64,000 nt of DNA, taken from positions 248,001 through 312,000 of the forward strand of contig NZ_BAABFP010000004.1 of assembly GCF_039541115.1 (NCBI RefSeq), written 5' to 3'. The notes under the pieces are model-generated. The model did no database searches. It was given only the letters and a program-made list of their open reading frames with translations, and was not told the DNA's origin. The DNA comes from Angustibacter luteus. GTDB taxonomy: Bacteria > Actinomycetota > Actinomycetes > Actinomycetales > Angustibacteraceae. This document shows, in pieces, positions 14,767 to 24,626 of this stretch; position 1 is the stretch's first letter; the number at the start of each line of letters is the position of its first letter. Both the position numbers and the translations under genes were made by a program.

Positions 14767-16551
14767 CTAGGGCGTACTCGTCGGGGTGCCCGTCGGGGTG
14801 CCCGTGGGCGTCTCGGTAGGCGTGGCCGGCGCCTTGGCGATCACCAGCTTGATCGTCGTCCCCTGGTCGACGGTCTTGCCGGCGTTCGTCTGCGAGATGA
14901 CGGTGCCCTCGGGCTGGGTGCTCTCCTCGTACTGGGTCGCGTCGACCTTCAGGTTGGCGTTGGTCAGCGTGGTCGTCGCCTCGGACACCGTCTGGCCGCG
15001 CACGTTGGGCACGGTGACCTTGCCGTTGGCGATCTCGACGGCGACCGCAGTGTCCTTGGCCACGGAGTCACCGGCGGACGGGTTGCTCGACACGATGTGC
15101 CCCGCGTCCTGCTCGGTCGACTCGACCTCGGTGACCTCCCCGAGCTTGAGCCCGACCTCCTTCAGCGCACTGGTCGCCTGGCTCTTGGTCAGCCCCTCGA
15201 GCTTCGGCACCTCGACGGCGTCCGGCCCGGACGAGAGCACCACGTTGACCGCCGAGGCCGGTTCGACCTGCGCGTTGGCGCCGGGGTCCTGGCTGATGAC
15301 CTTGCCCTCGTCCACCGTGTCGCTGGCTGCGGTCTCGTGGGTGCCGAGCTTCAACCCCTTGGCGGTGAGCGCGCTGACCGCCTGGTCGGCGGTCATCGAC
15401 GTCAGGTCGGGCACCGCCACCTTGGTGACCGGTGGCGTCTCGTTGCCGCCGAGCATGCCAGGCAGCACGAGCACGGCCACCGCGATCAGTGCCGCGGCCA
15501 GCAGGCCGAGCAGGATCCACAGCCCGGTGCGGTTGGGCTTCTCCTCCTCGCCGGCGTCCGGCAGCATGTCCGCCTCGGGCACGGCCGGCGGCAGCGCGGT
15601 GGTCGCGGCCGTCGTCGGCACGGTGCCCATCGCCTCGGTCGCCAGCGCCGCACCGGCCAGCGCACCGGCGGCGACGGAGCCGAGCGCGGCGTTGCTGATC
15701 CGGCGGCCGGCCAGCGCGGCCTCGACGTCCTCGCGGAAGTCGTCGGCGGTCTGGTAGCGGCTGCCGCGGTCCTTCTCGAGCGCGTGCAGCACGATCGCGT
15801 CCACAGCCGGCGGGACGTCGTCCGCGACCGTGCTCGGCGCGATCGCCGCCTCGCTCACGTGCTGGTACGCGACGGCGACCGGGGAGTCCGCGATGAACGG
15901 CGGCCGCAGGGTGAGCAGCTCGAAGAGCAGGCAGCCTGCCGAGTAGAGGTCGCTGCGGGCGTCGACGGTCTCGCCGCGGGCCTGCTCCGGTGAGAGGTAC
16001 TGGGCGGTGCCGATCACGGCCTGCGTCTGGGTCATCGTCGCCGAGGAGTCGGCGATGGCCCGGGCGATGCCGAAGTCCATGACCTTGATGTCACCGGACG
16101 GCGTGACCATCACGTTGGCGGGCTTGATGTCGCGGTGCACGATGCCGGCGCGGTGGCTGTAGCCGAGCGCGGCGAGAACCCCGCTGGTCACCCGGAGCGC
16201 CTCGCGCCAGCCCATGGGCTGGCCGGTGCTGACGAGCTCGCGCAGCGTGCGGCCCTCGACGTACTCCATGACGATGTACGGCACCGCGACGCCGCCCTCG
16301 ACCGCGGGCTCCTCGCCGCTGTCGTAGACCGCCACCACCGCGGGGTGGTTGAGCGCTGCCGCGGACTGGGCCTCGCGACGGAACCGGGCCTGGAACGACG
16401 GGTCGCGGGCGAGGTCGGAGCGCAGCATCTTGATGGCCACGGCACGACCGAGCCGGGCGTCCCGGCCGAGGTGCACGTCGGCCATGCCGCCGCGTCCCAG
16501 CAGGTCGCCGACCTCGTAGCGTCCGCCGAGCAGGCGGGGTGTCGCGTTCAC
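14767..16551 (-). CDS. pknB: PASTA-domain Ser/Thr protein kinase PknB
   Basis: LGRGGMADV, VAIK, HRDIKPAN, DFGIARA, TQTQAVIGTAQYLSPEQ; TM and three PASTA repeats. Confidence 0.96.
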   Translation of the reverse strand: MNATPRLLGGRYEVGDLLGRGGMADVHLGRDARLGRAVAIKMLRSDLARDPSFQARFRREAQSAAALNHPAVVAVYDSGEEPAVEGGVAVPYIVMEYVEGRTLRELVSTGQPMGWREALRVTSGVLAALGYSHRAGIVHRDIKPANVMVTPSGDIKVMDFGIARAIADSSATMTQTQAVIGTAQYLSPEQARGETVDARSDLYSAGCLLFELLTLRPPFIADSPVAVAYQHVSEAAIAPSTVADDVPPAVDAIVLHALEKDRGSRYQTADDFREDVEAALAGRRISNAALGSVAAGALAGAALATEAMGTVPTTAATTALPPAVPEADMLPDAGEEEKPNRTGLWILLGLLAAALIAVAVLVLPGMLGGNETPPVTKVAVPDLTSMTADQAVSALTAKGLKLGTHETAASDTVDEGKVISQDPGANAQVEPASAVNVVLSSGPDAVEVPKLEGLTKSQATSALKEVGLKLGEVTEVESTEQDAGHIVSSNPSAGDSVAKDTAVAVEIANGKVTVPNVRGQTVSEATTTLTNANLKVDATQYEESTQPEGTVISQTNAGKTVDQGTTIKLVIAKAPATPTETPTGTPTGTPTSTP

Positions 16552-16582
16552 GTCGTGCCCTTCGTGTCGGTGCGGTCGTGGA

Positions 16583-18067
16583 TCATCCTGCCGCCTCGGT
16601 GCTGATCGGGTCCCCGGGGTCGCCCGTCGCGTCTGCGGTGCCGGCCGCGTCCCCGGTCGGGGAGGTCGCCGGGGTCTCCGGGGTCGTCGTGGTGGTGGTC
16701 GTGGTGGTCGTCGTGCTGGTGGTCGATGTCGTCGGGGTGTTCGTGGGCTCGGACTTTCCCTTCGCCACGTCGAGGGTGACGGTGTCGCCCTCCTGCAGCC
16801 CGGACGTCGGCGAGAGCGCGACCACGGTGTTCTGCTCCGCGCCGGTGTCCTTCACCGGGTTCTGCGTGACCTCCAGCCCCATCGCCTTGAGCTCGCGCTC
16901 GACGTCCTTCGCCGGACGCCCGACGTAGTCGGCGGGGTCGAGGGTGATCTCGTCCGGGCTCGAGGTGGTCTGCGAGGTCGTCGGGGCGGAGGTCGTCGGG
17001 GCGGACGTCGTGGCCGTCGTACCGGGGGTGGGGTTGGTGGTGTCATCGCCCAGCTGGTGCACGGCGAGGGCGACCAGCGCGGCGACGAGCAGCACGCCGA
17101 GGACGGCCAGCAGGACGTTGCGCGTGCGGTGGTCGGCCGGCACCGGGCCGGACGCGGCGGTGACCGTGGTCGGCGGCCCGGTGACCGGCACGGGGGCGAC
17201 CACCGCGGGCATGACCTGGGTGCCCGACGGCGCCGTGTCGACGCCCTGCATGGCGCCGCCGAGGGCCTGCCCGAGCTCGGCCGCGCTCTGCGGGCGGTGC
17301 GCCGGGTCCTTCTCCATCGCCCACAGGACGACGGCGGCCACCGACGCCGGGACGTCCGGCGGCAGCGGGTCGGGCGCGTCGTTGACCTGAGCCATCGCGG
17401 TGGCCACGGCGGTGCCGTGGTCGAAGGGACGACGTCCGGCCAGGGTCTCGTACGCCACGACGCCGAGCGCGTACACGTCACTCAGCGGGGTGGCCGGCTG
17501 GCCGATGGCCTGCTCCGGGGACAGGTACTGCGCCGTGCCCATCACCTCGCCGGTGCGGGTGATCGGCACCTGGTCGCCGGCCCGGGCGATGCCGAAGTCG
17601 GTGATCTTGAGCGTCTCGTCGTGGGTGATCAGCAGGTTCGCCGGCTTGATGTCGCGGTGCACCACGCCGCCGTCGTGCGCGGCCTGCAACCCGGCCGCCG
17701 CCTGCTGGATCAGCGGCACGGCGGTCGCGGCGGGCAGCGCGCCCTGGCGGGACAGCCACGCGGACAACGGCTCGCCGTCCACCAGCTCCATCACCAGGTA
17801 GGCGGTGCCCAGCGTCTCCCCGTAGTCGTAGACCGAGGCGATGCCGGGGTGGCTCAGGGACGCCGTGTGCCGGGCCTCGGCGCGGAAGCGGGTCAGGAAC
17901 ATCTCGTCCTGGGCGAACTCGCGGCGCAGCAGCTTGACCGCGACCTCCCGGCCGAGGATCTCGTCCTGCGCGCGCCACACCTCGCCCATGCCGCCGACGG
18001 CGATCCGGGAGGTCAGCTGGTACCGGTCGGCGACCCGCAGGCCGGGCTCGGGGTGCAGGTCGCTCAT
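16583..18067 (-). CDS. pknA: Ser/Thr protein kinase (PknA position)
   Basis: IAVGGMGEVW, HRDIKPAN, DFGIARA, GTAQYLSPEQ; TM; between pbpA and pknB. Confidence 0.9.
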   Translation of the reverse strand: MSDLHPEPGLRVADRYQLTSRIAVGGMGEVWRAQDEILGREVAVKLLRREFAQDEMFLTRFRAEARHTASLSHPGIASVYDYGETLGTAYLVMELVDGEPLSAWLSRQGALPAATAVPLIQQAAAGLQAAHDGGVVHRDIKPANLLITHDETLKITDFGIARAGDQVPITRTGEVMGTAQYLSPEQAIGQPATPLSDVYALGVVAYETLAGRRPFDHGTAVATAMAQVNDAPDPLPPDVPASVAAVVLWAMEKDPAHRPQSAAELGQALGGAMQGVDTAPSGTQVMPAVVAPVPVTGPPTTVTAASGPVPADHRTRNVLLAVLGVLLVAALVALAVHQLGDDTTNPTPGTTATTSAPTTSAPTTSQTTSSPDEITLDPADYVGRPAKDVERELKAMGLEVTQNPVKDTGAEQNTVVALSPTSGLQEGDTVTLDVAKGKSEPTNTPTTSTTSTTTTTTTTTTTPETPATSPTGDAAGTADATGDPGDPISTEAAG

Positions 18068-19515
18068 CGCAGCACCGCCTCCATCACGGACTTGGCGATG
18101 GGGGCGGCGATCCGGCCGCCGAACGCCTCGTTGCCGGCCTTGCCGCCGTCCTCGACGACCACGGCCACGGCGACCTTCGGGTCGTCGGCGGGCGCGAAGC
18201 AGATGAACCACGCGTGCGGCGGCTCGCCCTTGGCGTGCTGGGCCGTGCCGGTCTTGCCGGCGACCTTGATGCCGGGGATCTGCGCGCGGGTGCCGGTGCC
18301 GGACTCGACGACCTTCTCCATCATCCGGGTCAGCTGGTCCGCGACGCTCGAGTCGACGGCGCGGCTGAGCTCCTGCGGCTTCGCCTGGTCGAGGACGTCG
18401 AGGTCCGGGCCGCGCACGGTCTTGACCGAGTAGGGCGCCATCACGACGCCGTCGTTCGCGACGCCGGCCGCGACCATCGCCATCTGCAGCGGGGTGACCC
18501 GGACGTCGTACTGGCCGATGGCGGCCTGCGCGGTCTGCGGCTTGTTCATGTCGGCCGGGACGATGCTGGGCGCGACCGGCATGGGGACGCCGATCCGGTC
18601 GCCGAACCCGAACTTCTCGGCCTGCGCCCGGATCGCGTCGTCGCCGAGGGCCAGGCCGAGCGAGGCGAACGCCGTGTTGCACGAGATCTGCAGGGCGCGG
18701 GTCAGGTCGACCTTGTCGTTCGGCCCGCAGCTGCCCGCGAAGTCGTTGCGCAGGTTCGCCGTGGTCTGCGGCAGGTCGAGGACGGCCGGGCCGGGCACCA
18801 CGGAGTTCTCGGTGTACCTGCCGCTGGACAGGGCCGCTGCCGCGGTCACCACCTTGAACGTCGACCCCGGCGGGTAGAGCGCCTGGATCGACCGGTTGAT
18901 CAGCGGGTCGTCGTCGTCCGCGAGCAGCCGCTTGTAGTTGGCCTGCACCGTGGTGAGGTCGTGGCCGGCCAGCTCGTTCGGGTCGTACGTCGGGTTGCTG
19001 GCCATCGCCAGGATGGCGCCGGTGCGCGGGTCGAGGGCCACGACGGCGCCGCGCTGCTCGCCCAGGCCGTCCGCCGCCGCCTTCTGCGCCGCCGGGTCGA
19101 CGGTCAGCTCGACCGAGGCGCCCTGCTGCTCTCGGCCGGTCAGCACGTCGACGACGCGGCGGTAGAACAGCTGGTCGGCCTGGCCGGAGAGCAGGTCGTT
19201 CTCGGAACGCTCGATGCCGGCGCCCGCGCCGTACACGAACGAGTAGTACCCGGTCAGGTGCGAGTACAGCTCGCCGTTGCTGTACTGCCGCACGTACTTC
19301 AGCTCGTCGTCGGTGGCCACCGACCGGGCGACCGGCTTGCCGGTGATCAGGATCGGGCCACGCTGGCGGGAGTAGTTCTCCAGGAGGGTGCGACGGTTGT
19401 TCGGCTTCTCGCGCAACGACGACGCCTGCACGAACTGGATGTACGTGGACGACAGCAGCAACGAGCCGAAGAGCACGAGCACGAGGACGGAGAGCCGCCG
19501 GATGGGTGCGTTCAT
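18064..19515 (-). CDS. pbpA: Class B penicillin-binding protein PbpA
   Basis: PGSTFK (SxxK), SCN (SxN), AGKTGTA (KTG); start ATG 19515 (MNAPIRRL). Confidence 0.94.
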   Translation of the reverse strand: MNAPIRRLSVLVLVLFGSLLLSSTYIQFVQASSLREKPNNRRTLLENYSRQRGPILITGKPVARSVATDDELKYVRQYSNGELYSHLTGYYSFVYGAGAGIERSENDLLSGQADQLFYRRVVDVLTGREQQGASVELTVDPAAQKAAADGLGEQRGAVVALDPRTGAILAMASNPTYDPNELAGHDLTTVQANYKRLLADDDDPLINRSIQALYPPGSTFKVVTAAAALSSGRYTENSVVPGPAVLDLPQTTANLRNDFAGSCGPNDKVDLTRALQISCNTAFASLGLALGDDAIRAQAEKFGFGDRIGVPMPVAPSIVPADMNKPQTAQAAIGQYDVRVTPLQMAMVAAGVANDGVVMAPYSVKTVRGPDLDVLDQAKPQELSRAVDSSVADQLTRMMEKVVESGTGTRAQIPGIKVAGKTGTAQHAKGEPPHAWFICFAPADDPKVAVAVVVEDGGKAGNEAFGGRIAAPIAKSVMEAVLR

Positions 19516-20894
19516 CGCAGCTTCACCACCTCGGTGGGCGCGTCGTCCAGCCCGAGGTTGGTGGGCTCGATCGCCGGGGCCGGACGTCGGGCCTGGTCGC
19601 TGATCCGCAGCAGCAGCCCGAGGATGGCCCAGTTGGCGACGAGCGAGCTGCCGCCCGCGGACAGGAACGGCATCGTCAGACCGGTCAGCGGGATGACCCG
19701 GGTGACGCCGCCGACGACCACGAAGCACTGCAGCGCAACGGTGAACGCCAGGCCGCTGGCCAGCAGCTTGCCGTAGCCGTCGCGCACCCCCAGGGCCGTG
19801 CGCAGGCCGCGCTCGACGAAGATCAGGTAGAGCAGCAGCAGGGCGAAGACGCCGACCAGGCCGATCTCCTCGCCGAACGACGGCACGATGAAGTCGCTCT
19901 CGGCGTAGTAGGTCAGGTCGGGGTGACCGCGTCCGAGACCGGTCCCCAGCAATCCGCCGTCCGCCATCCCGAACAGGCCTCGCACGAGCTGGTCGCTGAC
20001 CTCGAGAGCCTTCTGCGAGAACGGGTGCAGCCACAGCAGCACGCGGCGCTGCACGTGCCCGAACATCAGGTAGGCGAGGTAGGAGCCGGCGACGAACAGC
20101 ACGAAGCCGATGAAGATCCAGCTCTTGCGCTCGGTCGCCACGTACAGCATGGCGACGAAGAGCCCGAAGAAGAGCAGCGACGAGCCGAGGTCGCGCTCGA
20201 AGATCAGCACGGCAAGGCTGGCGAGCCAGGCCACGATGATCGGGCCGAGGTCGCGGGCCCGCGGGAACGAGATGCCGAGCACCTTGCGACCGACCAGGGC
20301 CAGGGAGTCGCGGGTCTGCACGAGGTAGCCGGCGAAGAAGATCGCCAGCAGGATCTTGGCGAGCTCACCGGGCTGGAACGACAGCGACCCCACGCCGATC
20401 CAGATCCGCGAGCCGTTGATGTTCTTGCCCAGCCCGGGGACCAGCGGCAGGAGCAGCAGGCCGAGACCGACGAGCATCGCGGTGAACGTGTAGCGCTGCA
20501 GCATCCGGTGGTCGCGGATGACGTAGAGGATCGCCAGGCAGATCGCGACGCCGATGGTCATCCAGATCAGCTGCCGGGCAGCCATTCCGCCGCCGCTGCG
20601 GTCCTCCGCCAGGTCGAGGCGGTGGATCATCACGAGGCCGAGACCGTTGAGCAGCGTGGCGATCGGCAGCATCACGGGGTCGGCGTACGAGGCCTTCCAG
20701 CGCAGCATCAGGTGCACCGCGCCGACCAGCACGATCAGCCCGACGCCGTACGAGACCATGCTCGGCGGCAGCTCGCCGTCCACCGCCAGGCCGACGTTCG
20801 CGTACGCCACCAGCACGATGCCCACCGCGAACACGAGCAGCACCAGCTCGACGCCACGGCGGGTGCGCGGGACGACCGTCGTGATCGTGGCCAT
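19512..20894 (-). CDS. rodA: SEDS family peptidoglycan polymerase RodA
   Basis: INGSRIWI, FQPGELAK, ERDLGS, ESDFI, IPLTGLTMPFLSAGGSS. Confidence 0.94.
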   Translation of the reverse strand: MATITTVVPRTRRGVELVLLVFAVGIVLVAYANVGLAVDGELPPSMVSYGVGLIVLVGAVHLMLRWKASYADPVMLPIATLLNGLGLVMIHRLDLAEDRSGGGMAARQLIWMTIGVAICLAILYVIRDHRMLQRYTFTAMLVGLGLLLLPLVPGLGKNINGSRIWIGVGSLSFQPGELAKILLAIFFAGYLVQTRDSLALVGRKVLGISFPRARDLGPIIVAWLASLAVLIFERDLGSSLLFFGLFVAMLYVATERKSWIFIGFVLFVAGSYLAYLMFGHVQRRVLLWLHPFSQKALEVSDQLVRGLFGMADGGLLGTGLGRGHPDLTYYAESDFIVPSFGEEIGLVGVFALLLLYLIFVERGLRTALGVRDGYGKLLASGLAFTVALQCFVVVGGVTRVIPLTGLTMPFLSAGGSSLVANWAILGLLLRISDQARRPAPAIEPTNLGLDDAPTEVVKLR

Positions 20895-22249
20895 CAGCCC
20901 GCGCTCCCGCAGTCGGTCGTCGTGCCCGTCGTGGGGGTCGGGGTGGGCGTCGGGGTGGGCGTGGCCGTGGGTGAGGCGGTCGGGCTCGCGCTCGCGCTCG
21001 GACTGGGGGTGGTGGTCGGGCTGGGGGTGGCGCTGGGCGTCGGGGTCGCACACACCTGGGTGCGCAGCTCGTCGACCTTGGCGTGCGCGGCGCTCAGGTC
21101 GTCCACGGTGATCGCGTCACGGACCCGCTCGGCCGTGTACTCCGGCAGGTCACTCAGCGCCAGGTCCTGCGCCTCGTAGACGTGCGAGAGGCTGATCGGG
21201 CCGAGGTCCTGGGGCAGCCCGCGGTAGATGGCGACGTTCTCGCCGTCCGCGCCGACGTAGTACTGCTGCTGGCTCCAGGCGTAGGCCGCGTAGCCGCCGG
21301 CCACGAGCACGCCGACCACGAGCAACGCCGCGACGGCACGCATCGCCCGGCGCGCACCGGACACCGGTCGCGCGGTGGGCGGCTCGTCGTCCGGCTCGGT
21401 CGGGTCGGGACGGTCGAGCGCGGCGGCCTTGGCGGCGGGCGTGCTGGGCGGGGTGACCGGCGGGACCGTGCCGCGCACCGCGGCCGAGCCGACGACCTGC
21501 GGAGCCGAGCTCGGGGCGGCCGACCCGGGGTCGACCACGTGCGCGACCACGCAGGTGATGTTGTCGGCACCACCGCCACGCAGCGCGAGGTCGACTAGGG
21601 CCTGTGCGCAGGTGCCCGGGTCGTCCTGCTCGCCGAGCACCTCGGCGAGCGTGTCGTCGCGGACGACGCCGGTGAGGCCGTCGGAGCAGACGAGGTACCG
21701 GTCGCCCACCCGGGCCTCGCGCACGGACAGGTCGGGCTCGTCGTCCGGGTCGCCGGTCAGCACCCGGGTGATCACCGACCGCTGCGGGTGCCGCTCCGCC
21801 TCGTCCTCGGTGATCTTGCCCTCGTCGACGAGGCGCTGGACGAACGTGTGGTCGTGCGTGAGGCGGGTGATCTCGCCGTCCCGCAACAGGTAGCAGCGTG
21901 AGTCGCCGATGTGCGCGAGCGCGATCCGCTGCCCGTGCAGGACCAGTGCGGTGGTCGTGGTGCCCATGCCGGCCAGGTCCGGCTCGGCGCGGACCCGCGC
22001 CTGCAGGGCCGCGTTCGCGGCGTGAATCGTCGCGTCGAGCTGCTGCAGCGCGTCGCCGCCGTGGGACTCGCCGTCCAGGGCGACCAGCTCGCCGAGGGCG
22101 ACCGAGCTCGCGACGTCCCCCGCGGCGTGCCCACCCATGCCGTCGCAGACCGCGAGCAGGTGCGGCCCGGCGTACCCGGAGTCCTGGTTGTTCTTGTAGC
22201 GACCCAGCCCGATGTCCGAGCGGGCCGCGTAGCGCAGCGCGACAGCCAT
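20894..22249 (-). CDS. pstP: PP2C-family Ser/Thr phosphatase PstP
   Basis: NNQDS, VCDGMGGHAAG, MGTT, HIGDSRCY, CSDGL, GGADNIT; TM and extracellular domain. Confidence 0.94.
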   Translation of the reverse strand: MAVALRYAARSDIGLGRYKNNQDSGYAGPHLLAVCDGMGGHAAGDVASSVALGELVALDGESHGGDALQQLDATIHAANAALQARVRAEPDLAGMGTTTTALVLHGQRIALAHIGDSRCYLLRDGEITRLTHDHTFVQRLVDEGKITEDEAERHPQRSVITRVLTGDPDDEPDLSVREARVGDRYLVCSDGLTGVVRDDTLAEVLGEQDDPGTCAQALVDLALRGGGADNITCVVAHVVDPGSAAPSSAPQVVGSAAVRGTVPPVTPPSTPAAKAAALDRPDPTEPDDEPPTARPVSGARRAMRAVAALLVVGVLVAGGYAAYAWSQQQYYVGADGENVAIYRGLPQDLGPISLSHVYEAQDLALSDLPEYTAERVRDAITVDDLSAAHAKVDELRTQVCATPTPSATPSPTTTPSPSASASPTASPTATPTPTPTPTPTTGTTTDCGSAG

Positions 22250-22255
22250 CCGGCG

Positions 22256-22741
22256 CTACCTGCGCAGCTCGAGGACGGTGGTGCCGATCCGCAGCGTCGA
22301 TCCCACCGACAGCTGCTGCGGCGCGGTGAGCCGGTCGTTGCCGAGGTAGGTGCCGTTGGTCGAGCCCAGGTCCTCGACGAACCACTCCTCGCCCTCGGGG
22401 TAGATGCGCGCGTGCCGTCCGGACGCGTAGTCGTCCTCGAGCACCACGGTCGAGCCCGGGTTGCGACCGATCAGCACGGACTGCTGGCCGAGCGAGATCG
22501 TCGTGCCCTTGAGAGGTCCCTCGGTCACCAGGACGTGGGACGGCGTGCGCCGGCTGGTGCGGGCGGCCTTCGGGGGCTTGGCCGGGGCCGGCTCCTTGCG
22601 CGGGGCGGGCGTGGTGGCGGCCCGCTGGGTGACCCGGGTGCCGAACAGGTCGCCGCGCAGCACGCCGACCACCGAGAAGACGAACACCCACAGGACGGCG
22701 AGCAGCCCGAGCCGGATGATCGTGACGGTGAGCTCGCTCAT
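22256..22741 (-). CDS. fhaB: FHA domain protein FhaB
   Basis: N-terminal TM; IGR...DDYASGRHA...EDLGSTNGT. Confidence 0.92.
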   Translation of the reverse strand: MSELTVTIIRLGLLAVLWVFVFSVVGVLRGDLFGTRVTQRAATTPAPRKEPAPAKPPKAARTSRRTPSHVLVTEGPLKGTTISLGQQSVLIGRNPGSTVVLEDDYASGRHARIYPEGEEWFVEDLGSTNGTYLGNDRLTAPQQLSVGSTLRIGTTVLELRR

Positions 22742-23523
22742 CGCGCTCCGCTGCGGTAGACGGCGCGGGTCCGTCCGATGGTGATCGTGGACCCGTTGCC
22801 GAGCTCGGCTGCCCCAATGCGCTGCGCGTCCAGGAAGGTGCCGTTGGTCGAGCCGAGGTCGCGCAGCGTGGCCACCAGGTGGGGGCCGTCCGTGGTCACC
22901 CGGATCTCCGCGTGCTTGCGGCTCACGCCGGGGTCGTCGATCACGATGTCGGCCTCGTTGCCGCGGCCGATGACGGTGCTGGACGACGTCAGCGGGTAGG
23001 CGTGGCCGTCGATGTCCAACCAGGGGCGTCGTCCAGCCTCGTGGCTCTGCTGGCGCTCGGCGTGCAGCTCGCGGGCGTGCAGGACGCTCGGGCCCGGGGT
23101 CTCGGGGTCGCGCGGGATGGGGGCCGGCGCCGGGCCCGCCTCGGGCTGGCGGCCCTTCACCGTGGCGGTGCGAACCCGGAACAGTCCGGTGGCCAGGTCC
23201 GGGATCTCCTCGAACTCCACCGACACCGGTCCGACGAACGCGTAGCCCTGCTGCTCGGCGTGCGCGCGCAGGTTGTTGGCGAACTCCTTGGACAGCTCGT
23301 CCTCGTAGTCGTAGAGCCGGTCGTGGTCGGTCGAGCCCAGCTCGACGACGAAGGCGTTGGGGACGAGGGTGCGGCCGCGGCCCACGACGGCGGCCTTCTC
23401 GTCGGCGGCGCGACGGAGCTGGCTGGCGATCTCGACGGGCTGCACCTCGGACCGGAAGGCCTTGGCGAAGGCGCCGTTGACGGCGCGCTCGATCCCCTTC
23501 TCGAACCGGTCGAACACTCCCAT
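22738..23523 (-). CDS. fhaA: DUF3662 and FHA domain protein FhaA
   Basis: MGVFDRFEKGIERAVNGAFAKAFRSEVQPVEIA; IGRG...DPGVSRKHA...DLGSTNGT; GGGAGG RBS. Confidence 0.93.
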   Translation of the reverse strand: MGVFDRFEKGIERAVNGAFAKAFRSEVQPVEIASQLRRAADEKAAVVGRGRTLVPNAFVVELGSTDHDRLYDYEDELSKEFANNLRAHAEQQGYAFVGPVSVEFEEIPDLATGLFRVRTATVKGRQPEAGPAPAPIPRDPETPGPSVLHARELHAERQQSHEAGRRPWLDIDGHAYPLTSSSTVIGRGNEADIVIDDPGVSRKHAEIRVTTDGPHLVATLRDLGSTNGTFLDAQRIGAAELGNGSTITIGRTRAVYRSGAR

Positions 23524-23697
23524 GTGGCACCTCCCTCGGGTGGGTCGTGCGTGGCTCACGTCCGTGCTGGCACAGCGGGCACCCAACGGCCGCTCGCTGG
23601 CCAGCCGTCATCGTAACGGTGGACGGAGCAACCACCAGCCCGTGCTAGCCTTGTGCGCGAACTTCGGGGGCACTTCTGGGTGTCTGCCGAGGTTCAC

Positions 23698-23780
23698 GCG
23701 CGAGTGGCGGAATGGCAGACGCGCTGGCTTCAGGTGCCAGTGTCCGAAAGGGCGTGGGGGTTCAAATCCCCCCTCGCGCA
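23698..23780 (+). tRNA. tRNA-Leu (anticodon CAG)
   Basis: Acceptor GCGCGAG/CTCGCGC-A, D-arm TGGCGGAATGGCAGACGC, anticodon arm CTGGC-TTCAGGT-GCCAG, long variable arm, T-loop GTTCAAATC; CCA not fully encoded. Confidence 0.96.
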
Positions 23781-23790
23781 CCCTTCACGA

Positions 23791-23825
23791 AGAGCCCCCG
23801 AGACCTTCACGGTCTCGGGGGCTCT
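23791..23825. terminator. Hairpin terminator between tRNA-Leu and the convergent SDR gene
   Basis: Perfect 15-bp stem AGAGCCCCCGAGACC / GGTCTCGGGGGCTCT with TTCAC loop. Confidence 0.8.
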
Positions 23826-23846
23826 CGCGTACCCACCGGCGCACGC

Positions 23847-24626
23847 TCACCAGGTCGGGACGAGCCCGCCGTCGACGGTGAAGTCGGCGCCCGTGACGTT
23901 CGCCGACCGCTCGCTCGCCAGCAGGAGCACGAGGTCCGCGACCTCGTCGGGCGTCGTGAACCGACCGGTCGGCGACTGCCGGGCCGCCTGGTCGACGACC
24001 TCCTGCGCGGTGGCGCCGCCCGCCGCGGCGAACGTCTCCGCCACGCCGCCCGCGCCCAGCCACAGCGCCGTCGACACCGGCCCGGGCGAGACGGTGTTGA
24101 GCCGGATGCGGCTCGGAGCGAGCTCCTTGGACAGCGCCTTCGAGGCGTTGGCGAGCGCGGCCTTGGCCGCCCCGTAGTCGAGCACCGCCGGGTCGGGCAG
24201 CACCGCGTTCACCGACACGACCGTGACGACGGACCCGCCGCCCCCGGCGATCATCACCGGGACCGCGCTGCGCAGGATCCGCACGGCGCTGAGCAGGTTC
24301 AGGTCCAGGCTCTGCTGCCACTGCTCGTCGGTGATCGCCAGGAAGCCCTCGGTCCGGGCAGGGGCGTGCCCGACGTTGTTGACCAGGACGTCGATGCGCC
24401 CCGCGGCGGCGTCGACGAGCGTCGCGGCCGCCTCCGGACGGCCGAGGTCGACGGCCACGAACTGGACGTCGCCGCCGGCCACCAGCGAGTCGAGCTCGGC
24501 GGACGTCGTCCGCGCACCCGCGACGACCCGGGCTCCCTCGCGCACGAGGGCCTGGGTGATCGCCAGCCCGATCCCGCGGCTCGCGCCCGTGACCACCGCC
24601 GTCTTGCCGTTCAGCTGCAGGTCCAT
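23847..24626 (-). CDS. SDR family oxidoreductase
   Basis: VTGASRGIG, LVNNVG, YGAAK, VSPGPV, VDGG. Confidence 0.93.
   Translation of the reverse strand: MDLQLNGKTAVVTGASRGIGLAITQALVREGARVVAGARTTSAELDSLVAGGDVQFVAVDLGRPEAAATLVDAAAGRIDVLVNNVGHAPARTEGFLAITDEQWQQSLDLNLLSAVRILRSAVPVMIAGGGGSVVTVVSVNAVLPDPAVLDYGAAKAALANASKALSKELAPSRIRLNTVSPGPVSTALWLGAGGVAETFAAAGGATAQEVVDQAARQSPTGRFTTPDEVADLVLLLASERSANVTGADFTVDGGLVPTW

Noticed and set aside
9794..23523. ppiA-crgA-pknB/pknA-pbpA-rodA-pstP-fha cluster as a novel system
   Set aside because: A well-known conserved actinobacterial cell division and signalling locus.
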